Below, one piece after another: positions 21,187 through 32,329 of a stretch of DNA of 40,021 nt. Under the pieces are notes generated by a model, which made no database searches, was not told where the DNA came from, and saw nothing but the letters and a program-made list of their open reading frames with translations. This DNA is from Peribolospora baueri (taxonomy: Eukaryota): positions 1-40,021 of the forward strand of contig JAMDHS010000130.1 in assembly GCA_029717555.1 (NCBI GenBank), written 5' to 3'. A program made the position numbers and the translations under genes. Each line of letters opens with the position of its first letter. Within the stretch, counting starts at the first letter, position 1.

Positions 21187-24100
21187 GGTGGGCAGGCGGA
21201 GCGATAGGAGGCAAAGCTCTCGGTGGCTCGTTCAAGGCGGGGTGGGTGAAAGGAGCCGATAGCGGGTCAGGGAGCGAGTGCAAAGGGCGTGAGAGTGGGT
21301 GAGGGGGACGTGGTACCGTTGCGGTTTTCGTCGCGTTGCGTCGCGTGAAAAAAAAGAGGAAAAAGTGGAGGTTGGGGGGCGTCGTCAAGTCGTCGTCGGT
21401 GTCGGTGGTGGGCGTGAGCGAAGAAGACGGGGAGGCCGGCGTGGCGATCCGAGAGGGGGGCAGGCGTATGCGTGAGGAGGATGGGGAAGGGGGAAAGAAA
21501 GAAAGGAAGGAGGGGGAGTTGAGCGAGCGAGGTGGACGGAGTGAGGGGGAGGACAGAAAGGGGGGGACCGAAGAGGCGGAGGGTTGGGAAGGAGGAGCGT
21601 TATGTACTCTCCTGCGTGGGCCTGGCGAGGGCGAGGGCGAGGGCGAGGCAAGGTCACGGGCAGACGGAGTGACGGAGAGTTATCTCGGTCTCTCTCCGTC
21701 CGCAGCGCGAGCGAGAGAAAGACGGACGAACGGAGGTAGACGTAGAACAGACGGGCCGGCGGGGGACCTCGGGCTGGCTTGGCTGGGGCTGTTTGGTTGG
21801 TTGGCTGGCGGCTGGTCGAACAAGCCGACGCTCAGATAGACGATCGCAGCGCAGACGGACGGACGAGAGTTGGCTGGCAGGCTGGCTGGCTGGCTGTGGC
21901 AGGTCGATGTAAGCAACCGTCCGTCCGTCCGACGTCCCACGGCGCCCTTCCGTCCGTGTCCGTGTCCGTGACCGTGTCCGTCGATCGCTTGGGTGAGAAG
22001 AGGGGGGCGGTGGGCTGAGAGCGAGAGAGACGAACATACAGACAACACCGGGGATGGGACTGGACAGACGGACGAGGCTCTGCCGTCGGGCAAGGGGCCG
22101 CTTGGACGGATACGAAAGGCAAGATGGTTCGCGGACGGGAACGCGAGCGAGTGAGAGAGGACCGGAACTATTGCACTGCGGTGGCTGGTTCTCGCCGGCG
22201 AGTTGCTCGGTGGGTGGCCTGGTAGGCGGGCCACCGGGGCGGGCTCGTTTGGCTGGGCTGACTAGTCTGTTGGCTGTGGCTGGAAAGGAACCAGTGCACC
22301 GGCGGTGGCGGCAGCGACGGCGTCGTAGGAGGCGAGCTTGATGTCATGCCATGCACGCTGGCATGACCAACCGTCGGAGACGAAGCAAGCCGAGGGAGTG
22401 GACGGGGACGGGGACGGACGAACGGGGAGATGGGAAAAAGAAGCTCAAGAGTGGCGGCGGCGAAGCAGGAAGGAGGCCGTCGAGGCCTGGGAAAAAAATG
22501 AACGGAAGGAAGAGGCTGTGAAGCGAATCGGGAGGCTCTGTCGTCTGTAGTCAGGCTGCGTTGTGCATCGCATCGGCCGGGCGGTGACGGAAGGAGGAGG
22601 AACGAATGGAGAACAGCAACCGGCAGCGACGAACGAACGAACGAACGAAGGAGCCGTCGAGGATCCGCACGGAAAAAAGGTTATGCTAGCACGATCGGTG
22701 CCGGATGGACGGACTGCAGCGAGCGGCGGTAGCAGTTAGTTAGACGTGCATCGGTCGTTGGGACGGCCCCGCCGACGGAGGGAGGGGGCAGGCGGGCGCA
22801 ATGAGCAGCAGCCAGCACCGCCAGCGGCCCGGGTCCGGCCGTGGCGAGAGAGGGCGGTGACGACGTGGCGGCAGAAAAAAACAGTCGGAGTGGGTGGGTT
22901 ACAGGTTAGTGGGTCAGTAGCGGGGGCTAGAAAAGGTAGGTTTGGGCGAAAACCCATGCCATACCGCGCATGGTCCACCAGCATTCCGTCGTTGCAGCCA
23001 GAAGGTAGGAAAGAAGGAAAAAAGGCAAGGGCGATCTTCCGAGCGGACCTTGCTAGCATAGCAGCTAACCTACCATCCCCGCCGTGGCCATGGTCGGGAA
23101 CCGAGTGGGGTGGCTGCAAGAAATGCCCCGACCAGAGGGAAACGCACGAAGAAAAGGGAAAGAAGGAAAGAGAGGAAAGAAGGATTGTGCGTGCGTGCAG
23201 CGATGGATGCCCCCACCCACCCACAGCGCGCGCGTGGGCAGCGGAGGAAAGCACGGCCCGTCGCTATGCTGACTAATGGACGCCTTCTCACACCACCACC
23301 ATGCCATGCCCGTCGGTCTCCATCTCCATCTCCGTCCCCGCTCGCTGTGCAGTGCGCGGCGTCGTCTGGACGTCTGTCTCTGTAACGACGATGATGGGTA
23401 CACCTGCGACCGTGCGCGGACGGACGAGGTCCGACCCCGACTCGGTCGACCCGTCAACGTACGTGGCCGCCCCAGCCCGTCGTCGTCACCTGTCCCGCCC
23501 CTTGTCCTGCGCCTCCGCCTCCTTGCCTCCGCACGGCCGTGGATGATGCCGTTCTATCGTCCGAAACGCGCGCCGGGGTCGTCACCGTCGTCGGCGCCTT
23601 TGCTCGTCGTCCGTCGCACTCGTTCGTTCGTGTTGTCATGCTCTTTCCTTCTCTCTCACCCATCGAATCAAAATCGAAATCGAATCGAGCGAGATGCACG
23701 GCGGAAATCAGACGAAAAGGGGAGCCCGACATCGAGCCCGTTAAACGTACCGCCCATCCCTTTCCTGGAAGCCAGATGGAGCAGGAGATGGGACGGGCTA
23801 GGGCGAACCTTGGCCAACCGGACCCAGAGGAGAACCGGACCGCTCCTCTGGGTCCATCCTCCCTTCCCTTCGCTCTCCTCCTCGTCTTCGTCCTCGTCCT
23901 CGTCCCCGGTGTGTTTGCTTGCCGGTCCGGACCGACGACGCCTGCTTTCCACGGACCACGCAAGGGGGGCGGAGGACGGACGGACGGACGGAAAATCGGT
24001 CGGCCCATTCCTTCTCCACATCGAGTGGAAGACGTACGTACGTCAAGAGCCTATCCTCCTGCCCTTCGCCCGAACACACATAATTTTCCGTAAGACGATG

Positions 24101-27100
24101 AGCGGCGCGCGATGAGCCAAACTCTACTCGCTCGGTCGCGGGAAACCGCAACGACGTTCGCTGGGCTACTAGAGTTGGGAACGAGCGCTCGTCCGTCCGC
24201 CCGCGACGAAGGAATGTGCTTAGAGTGGGACGAGGCTGTACTGGGAGCTTTGTTGCCCGCCTCCATCTCATCTCAGCCTCTCTGCGAGGGCCGCAGCGAA
24301 GGAAACGACGGCGGTGAGAAGGGAGCGAGCGCACCCGGATTGGTCTTAGTGCATCGCCATCCACCGGCCCATTTCGCCCACTTTCTCACCTAATCCCTCA
24401 TCCCAGCGACGTTGCCCGGCTTGGGGACGCGCGGGCCTTTCCCAAACCTTAAACTCCATCCTTCTTAGCTCCCGCCCACCCGTTTCTTCTCCCTCTTCTT
24501 TCTCGCCCTCGCCGTCTCTCCCGCGCCGGCCAAGCATCCATGACGCCATTCTTGATCCGCCCCCTTTCTGCCTTAACGCGCAGCGATGCGATGGGGTACG
24601 TTGCTGTCTTCCACGCGCATCTGTCATGCGCGTAGAAGACGGGCGCAGTACCGGCGGTCGACGGACAAGCGAGCGCGGGCGGGTGGAACATAGATGGATG
24701 GATGGGATGGTTTTTGACATGACATGTCAACAAAGTTTTTGCCCACATGCACACGCCGTCGGTGCAAAAAGCGCAAGGCGGACGGACGGGATCGGACGAC
24801 GCGACGGGTTAGCGTCCAGCTGGTTAGCGCCCGACGGGAAGAGAAGGAAGCCAGACGACGGACTCTCGCTGCCGCCGCCGCGTTCCCACCCATCCACACG
24901 GGCGGAGGGGCGTGTAGACAGACGACAGACTGCCACCCTCACACGCCACACCGGCGTTCCGGCTCACTGGCGGACGGTCCAAGTTGGAAACGAGACGAAC
25001 AAGCGCTCGCTCCGCGAATTTTTTTTTTTTGGCGTGAAGCACATTTCACCGAATGGCTTTGCGCAGCGGGAACTATCAAGCTCGGCGGGAATGAATGGAC
25101 CTTTTTTTCAAGTAAATAAGCAACTTGTGTGTGCATGTGCGCTGCGCTCGCCCGCGATCGCCATGGCGGGACGAGACGAGATGGGACGGATGGTAAGGGA
25201 ACGTGGGGCGGCAAAACAAAAACGAAGTAGAGCACAGGTGGCAGTCGGCCGAGGAAGCGGAAAGTCAGTTCAGCGTCGGGAAGGACGGATGGATCGGATC
25301 GGGCGAGGTGGGAGGGTGCGACGTGGGTGGTCGGCGGACGGAAGACGGATGGAAAGATGTTTCCCTTCCGCAGAGGCCCATCTCGACGGGGCAGGTCGTG
25401 TTAGGTAGCGTTGATGAGCGGAACGGGTCGCCATCGCGTCGCCGTCGTCGTCGACTGGCCCATGAACGCCCTGTCGACGTTCCAGCGTCAGCGTCATGTG
25501 TGCGCCGGCGTCTTCCCAAGGCGGGGGGGCGGGCGGGCTTGGGACGGGCTTCAAGATTCGATTGGATTCGGTTAGATGTCTCAGTCGTGTCTCAGGAACT
25601 CATTTACGTTGCGCGGGCCCACCGAGCCAAGGAACTCCCCGTTGCTTCGTTCCTTCTCCAACCTCGCCGACCCGCCTCCTATCTTTCTTTCTTTCCTTCT
25701 TTCCTTCGTTCGTTCGTTCGTTCGTTCTTTCCTTCCCTCGTCCCTCTCCACAAAGAACCGGCCTTGTTGAGCTGGATGGACGTGGCAGACGAGCCGACTG
25801 GAAGTCCGCATGTACGTGGGCGCGCAACGCCAGGCACTCGCGGAACTGCGGTCGGTAAGTTAGGCCCAACGCTAAACCTCTAGACCTCCCGGAGCTATCC
25901 GGAGCGCGCCGGCCGCCCTGACGGTGGAGACAAACTTTATTGGCCGCCCTAAATCGGGGCCGACCCACTTCATCCGCCGGTGAGAGAGCCCGACCACCGA
26001 CGGCCGCTCGGCCGTCCCTTCACGCCCTCGTCCTCGTCGGAGGAGATCGGAGAGGGTGGATGGGATGGAGAGCAGGGGAAGGCGCGAGGGATCGTTGTTT
26101 GCTTGCACGGAGAGGCGCGCACCGCCGCTGTGTCGAGGTTGCCCGAGTCGAGTGAGTGCCCTGCCTCGCCACCGGTGGCGGCGAATGTCACTCGCTATGA
26201 CATGAGAGGGCGTCGCCTCTTCTTCTTTCTTCCGGCCCTTCTTCTCTCCTTTTCTTCCATTTTACCTCTGTCGCCGCTACACGAACTCGCACGCCAGCAT
26301 TCACCGCCTTGCACGGATTCGCGCGACCAGCCCCGCGGCGGCGCTGTGCGGGTGGATCGGGAGAATCTTCAGCGAATCGGGCGCGCCGGCGTCCCAAGTT
26401 GGGCCCCTGCCGATCTGACTATGACTAGCCTGGCAGCGACGCGACCTGTAACTAACACGACTACCACCGCCAGGCCCATTACCTCTTTTCTTCCCACTCG
26501 CCCGCCGGCTCGCTGCCGCTTGCCGAAGTGTATCCATCGGCACCGGCACTGGCACCGGCACCGGCGTGCGTCCATGCAGTGGAAGCTTGCGCACTGCCCG
26601 CCCCCCTCCATCTATGTACGATACGGCGGCGGCTGCTCTAGAGTCAACGCAGGGCGCCTACGGTGGGCCGATGGATGGATGGATGGCTGACAGGTGGGTG
26701 GAGCGCAGCGGCGGCGTAAATGGTCTGGTCTGTCATGTGCTGCCTTCTTCCCTCGTCGGCCCACTTGGCTCCGCAGACATGGACATGGACATGGACATGG
26801 ACGAAGGATGGAGGCGGAGGACATCGACCGACCCTGCGTCAGCGCTCCTCCACTCGCGCCCGCCGCCGTCGCGCGCCTCTCTCTGTCCCTTGCGAACCCC
26901 CTCTTCTTCTTCTTCTTCTTCTTCCTCTCACGTGCGCGCACGTCGTTCAGCGGCAAGGCGGGTCCCGTAGCGTCGGCGCCTCGTAGGAAGGTGGTTCGCT
27001 AACTCGAAACTCCTCCATGCACCCGCAACTCGCCCACGCCGACTTACATACATCCTATCCTCGCTCGCTCGCCCGCCCAGCCACTCCACCAATGAACCCC

Positions 27101-28039
27101 TTTCCTTTCGTCGCTCCCACTCCCACCAGCCTGGACCCACCACCCACCTTGCTTCCGCGCCGGCCGTCCAGTCCGTCGACTAGACGATGACGATCGTGAT
27201 GACTATCCCCTCTTACTCTCTCACGCTTCCTAAGCCACCTCCACCTCTCGCCCAGCTTGCCAGCCGTCTCTCCATCCCCTTCCGATTCCAAGACTCGCTG
27301 GAGGCGTTTTCTCCTGCTTCTCAGGTTCGCATCCCAAGAAAGACGGGCGAACGACGCCGGACGTCGGACGTCGGACCGGACCGAGAGAGAGCGAGCTGAA
27401 CACCCGCTCGCCCACATCCATCAGCGTCCGTGTCTCGGCAGATCACCTCACCAACTTCAGCACCGTTCGCAGCGGACGACCGGTGACGGAGAAATGAAGG
27501 GCTTCTCTGAAATTGCATATATGTACAAACACCTAATTTCCGTCGTTGCGAAGCCCGGGTGGCTGGTCGCGCCGTACTCCGCTGGTCTGGTCGCATTCCT
27601 GGGACGTCCCGCAGTGGCGGTACCATGTCCTAAGGTCCGTCGTTCGCCGCGGCAGGCTGCCCAGCTCCCAAGCCCTGAGTGATGACCGCCCGTCTATCTC
27701 TGAGCGACGAATGGATGAATGAATGAATGAATGAATGCATAAATGGATGGATGGTCACACTTGGCTCTCGCGCGCCTAGAGCTCTCTTGTCCTTCGTCTC
27801 CCAGGAGAACGGCCCGGCTGGAAGCTGAGACTTGACGCGGGCCGCTCACCCATGTTCCACTCGACGGCCCTGAGCCAGAGCTAACTCATCTATGCGCTCC
27901 ATCATTCATCACCGCGGACTTGACCGTCGCGCGCCAAGACATCCAAACATCCATCAAGGTCAGACTCGGCGGCAAACATACAGATCACCGCGGCGAGCGA
28001 GAGCCAGTCTATCCAAGACTCGCTCCGCCGCCCATCGTT
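21187..28039. promoter_or_regulatory. Long gene-free upstream region of the C2H2 factor, with many short simple repeats
   Basis: No spliceable coding signal found. Repeats include (GGCGAG)n ~21623-21647, (CCGTGT)n ~21950-21980, (GAAC)n ~22630-22648, (TTTC/TTCG)n ~25683-25735, (GGACAT)n ~26776-26802 and (TTC)n ~26903-26924. A regulatory role is inferred from position only. Confidence 0.45.
27709..27754. repeat. (ATGA/ATGG)n microsatellite
   Basis: gaatggatgaatgaatgaatgaatgaatgcataaatggatggatgg. Confidence 0.85.
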
Positions 28040-28664
28040 TCAGTTTCCTCCAATGGCTTGCCGTTCTCGAAGATGCTCTAGCTTGCTGATCAATTCCTGT
28101 CGTTCAGAAGACAATTGAAAGTGCGCTCGTTGGAGGCTGGCCGCCGCGATTCCGAGACAGTAAACAGTGCGTCCGAGACAGTAATCAAGGCCGAGTCGAC
28201 GAGCTAGTTCAGCAATATGAAAGGCGGACGAAGCGCCAATCATCCCCCAACCAAACCGTTTTTCCAGAACGTTCGCTCACCTTTGCAACCTCTCAGCCTT
28301 CTCCCGGTCTTCGCGTGCCGCCCGCTGCCGTTCCGTCTCACTGACCAGCTCGGCCTCCTGCTCCTTGGCCAGCCGATCGATCGAACGCAGCTGCTGTCGC
28401 TCTCGGACGTACATCCCGAACAGATAGCCCGCTAGAAAGGAATGGGGAAGAACGCAAGGCATGAGCAGCATGGTATGGTGAGCAGGGCGGCAAACCAAGA
28501 CGAACAGCGGACGTCAAACTAGGTGTCCGTCCGTCCATCACTTCGGCGCCGCCAGGCACATCGCCAAGCCAGCAAAGAAAAGTGATCTCGAGCGCCGGTG
28601 ATTGCTCACTCGGGAGGAGGACCACGGCCGTCCCAGCGGCAAGGTACCGTTTCAGCGAGGCCAT
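28040..28664 (-). CDS. Small protein (100 aa) with N-terminal hydrophobic segment and C-terminal coiled-coil; 3 exons (28664-28610, 28431-28281, 28136-28040); function unknown
   Basis: Two GTGAGC...YAG introns (28432-28609 phase 1; 28137-28280 phase 2) join three separate ORF-track fragments into one frame of 303 nt: MASLKRYLAAGTAVVLLPTGYLFGMYVRERQQLRSIDRLAKEQEAELVSETERQRAAREDREKAERLQSLQRAHFQLSSERQELISKLEHLRERQAIGGN*. Confidence 0.8.
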
Positions 28665-28864
28665 GCGTAGAATCTACGCTTGATGAAGGAAAGACAGCGA
28701 AAGGGCAGAGGAGACGCAGAGGGAGGAGCGAGTTTGCCCGACGTTGGGGCCAAGTTCGCACAGGCCGCAGTCTTTGGGAGCTGACGTCCATTTCCCATTC
28801 TTGCCTCCCGAACCTTCGCAAGAAGGAGCCTGGGACGGTTGGAGAAACTGGTGTCTGGGCAAAG

Positions 28865-31800
28865 ATGAAGGTGGTCGGCCTTCTGTCTGGCGGGAAGGAT
28901 AGCTGTTACAATCTCTGCCACTGCGCCAAGAATGGCCACCAAGTCGTGTGTCTGGCCTCGCTAGGACCGCCGCCTGGACAAGGTGAGCCCACCGTCTGAC
29001 AGCCTTGCCGTGTGAGTCCGCGGTGACAAGCCGTGAATCAAGGGGGTGTAAAGCTGACGAATGGGCCGTCTCCGTGTATGAAGATGAGCTTGACTCTTAC
29101 ATGTACCAGACCGTCGGCCAGGACGCCGTCCATCTCGTCGCCGCTGCCCTCGACTTGCCTCTGTATCGCAGAGTTATCACGGGCACGGCACTCGAATTAG
29201 GCGCCGAGTACGGTAGCCGTTCGGGAGAACACGCTGCCGCCATTTCCTCATCGAATGGCGGGCAGAGTGTCAAAGGGGACGAGACGGAAGACCTTTACGA
29301 GCTTTTGAAGGACGTCAAGGTACGTTATCTATTTGCCCGCCCGCTTTTGGCGCGAGGCGTGGAGAGAGCCACGTCTCGGCCTATTTTCTGTCGGCGCTGT
29401 TACTGAACGTCTTGCTCGTCGTCGGTCTGCTTTGCCTCTTTTTACGGGGACAGAGTAGACACCCAGATGTAGAGGCGGTGTCCGTTGGTGCGATCCTATC
29501 AAACTACCAGCGAGTGCGCGTGGAACAGGTGTGCGTCCACCGAGCACGCTCTTCCAGCGGGCTGCTTGCTCTCCCTGAAACCATGCCCCCCTCGCTTTCT
29601 CTCGTCCAGCGCTTCTCGCTTGTCTCTGACCGTGTTGGCGTTCCTCTGGCAACGAGATCAATCCGAGCTACTTGCTGAGATGATTGCCGCTGGCATGGAG
29701 GCCGTTTTCATCAAGGTCGCGGGCATTGGACTGAACGAGCGCCATCTTGGGAAAACATTGGCGCAAATGCACGGGACGCTAGAGAGTCTGGTGAGCGTCT
29801 CTCTCCCGAAGCGGTGGTTGCCCCAGTCCAGCGCCGTTGAACTCGTCTACCCTTGTCTTTCTAGAACTCTCGATTCGGCTCGCACGTCTGCGGCGAAGGT
29901 GGGGAGTACGAGACCTTGACTCTCGACTGCCCTTTGTTCAAGAAGCGCATACAGCTGTGCGTGTCCCTTTCAAGGTGTGCTTGGTAGCGGAGCCCTTATC
30001 CGAGCACGCGCCTCATGTGCCCTTAAACATATTTTGTAGCGAGGAGACAGAGACTGTCATTCACTCGGACTCGGCGTTCGCCTCGGTCTCGTACATACGG
30101 GTCAAGCGGGCCAGCTTGGTGGGAAAGGGGGACGACAGCACTGACCTCGTCGACCTCCGGACACCTGCCACTTTGGACGACGAAGGTGCAAGACTCCTAG
30201 CCAAGTTGGAGGGCCAGGTGAGCGGTCTGGGACGGGTAGTATGGGACTCGCCAGTGGGGACTAATTAGATCTCCACTGTTCTCGCTTTTGCCCAGCTCCG
30301 TTCCACCGATGAACTTGATAGGGACGAGTCGCAGGGGATCGCCTCACCTGTTGAAAGGCAGGACGTGTCCCTCCCTCCATCGTTCGGTAAATGGAGCATC
30401 TCTCGAAGAGGTCGATGGGTGGCCATTGGCAATATTTCAGCCCTTTCTGCGGGATCCAGCGAGGCTTACGGTCTCAACGATGAAGTCGACCGGGTGTTCG
30501 CCCAGCTGCAAGGTGAGAACACTCTCCCTGAACAAGTATTCCTGTTTCAGACAAACCCATGGCGCCTGCTGTCCGTCTTCCCCTTACAGATGCACTCTCG
30601 ACTGTCGGGCTCCATCTCTCTCATATCGCCCACATCAACCTTTACCTGTCTTCGATGTCGCATTTCCCCGTCGTCAATGCGGTGTATAAAACCTTTTTCG
30701 GCAGTTCGCCCCCCTCCCGCGCTTGCGTCGGTGTCGGGCCGTCACTCACAGGCAACGTACGCATGGACGTCTTCGCGTTCGACGACCGGTGTCTGAATAA
30801 AGGGTCTAGGAGGAGAAGAAGGGCGCTTCACGTCCAAGGCATGAGCTACTGGGCTCCTGCCAACATCGGCCCGTATTCTCAGGCTGTTTCTGTGAGTGTA
30901 TGAAAGCGACCGCAACGTCAAGGTGCCTACCTTTGAATCGTCTTATCTCACAACCGTATCTGTGCCTCCACATTCGACGGTCAGGTCAACGAGCGCGTCT
31001 TTGTCGCAGGACAAATCGGTCTCTTGCCATCCTCTCTGATCCTACCATCCCCTTCTACTCATGGAAGCGCCGACGAAGCCTTCGCAGTTCAAGCTGCCCT
31101 TTCTTTGCAGCACGTTCGTCGCATTTTGCGCGCGTTCAGAGAGAGTGCTCCCGGTTCTGATGAGCAGGAGGGTGGACTGTGCTGGCTCTCTGCACAGGGT
31201 GTGGACGATAGAAGGGCCCTTGAGGCGGCAAGGCTTGCTTGGACAGAGCACGTCGGAGAGGTGAGCAGTGCCTTCCTTCTGCTCTTTGTGCCTCTTTGAT
31301 TTCAGTGACGGTGCTCACCTGGGCGTTTGCCCATGTGGTCTTCGACCTCGCAGTCACAGAAATTACCGGTCCTGTTTCTGACCTTGCCGCCCGCCGCGCT
31401 GCCCAAAGGAGCGGGAGTCGAGTGGCAGGTGGCAGTGCACACCGGAGTCAAAGTACCGAAGGCGCCTGCCGAAGGCGAATTGGACGAGGAGGATGACGAA
31501 GGTGATGAACAATGTAGCTTCGAACGTTGCGAAGGTGAGCACAGTATCTAGCGGCGAGGACACGCTTATCCGGGAGTGTGCCTGACGAAAACCATCCCCT
31601 CTTCTTGTATCCGCTCTTGGCTTCCAGGGCGCGTGTCAGAGGAGTCCGCATCCCTGGTCTGGAACAGCGTCGTCTCTGTCGACGGCGATGCATCTTTCGG
31701 CACAATTGCCTTCCGAGGCTCTTCGTCAGGGCTGAGCGGAAAGCTGACCGATCTGTGCGAGAAGCTCCGCAACGCCGTTTCTTTGAGGGTGTTCTACTCA

Positions 31801-32102
31801 GCAGGCCACCAGAGCTCAGGTGAGACGCGATAGTGAAGAATCAGACAAAGGATTACACCACAACGCGATCGCGTGACGCGTACTGAAGTCGGATCAACAC
31901 CCTTTCCACGCCGTCCGCGCTTTATCCCTCCCGTGCAACAACAGCCATTGCGCTCTTATCGGTCTTGTTCCCCGCGTCTACTGAGCCGTCATCCGTTCCT
32001 GCCATCACGCCCATTCCGGTCGTTTCCATCGACACGGTGCAAAGGGACGGGGCGGCATCTTGGGAGGTGGGCCTGTGTTGGTTCGGTGGCGAGGGCAGAT
32101 GA
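28865..32102 (+). CDS. DPH6: Diphthine--ammonia ligase (diphthamide synthetase) with C-terminal RidA/YjgF-like domains, ~12 exons
   Basis: PP-loop MKVVGLLSGGKDSCYN, then DELDSYMYQTVG, GDETEDLY, VSVGAILSNYQRVRVE, FLWQRDQSELL, IKVAGIGL and HVCGEGGEYETLTLDCPLFK. RidA-like part: HINLYLSSMSHFPVVNAVYKTFFGSSPPSRACV, LHVQGMSYWAPANIGPYSQA, VFVAGQIGL, LPKGAGVEWQ. The last exon 31945-32102 is less certain. Confidence 0.95.
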
Positions 32103-32329
32103 ACGTGAATAGAGACCGGTGCTAGACGGACGATGCTGTCTGTGCCCTAGATAGATACCCCCGCGAGAATGGCGACACGCTTAAACAGGCCTTTTACCTT
32201 TACGGTGCTTTTGCCATGAAGAACGGTCAAGTTCACGAATTGCATTGAAGGGCAGATCATTTGTACACGCACTGCGTGTGGGTTTTACGGAACAGCAGCA
32301 AACCGGGGCACGGGCTTCGACGGCTTACT

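Noticed and set aside
21336..27682. Many overlapping ORFs of up to ~280 aa in the long intergenic tract
   Set aside because: Low-complexity translations on both strands with no domain motifs and no consistent exon chain.
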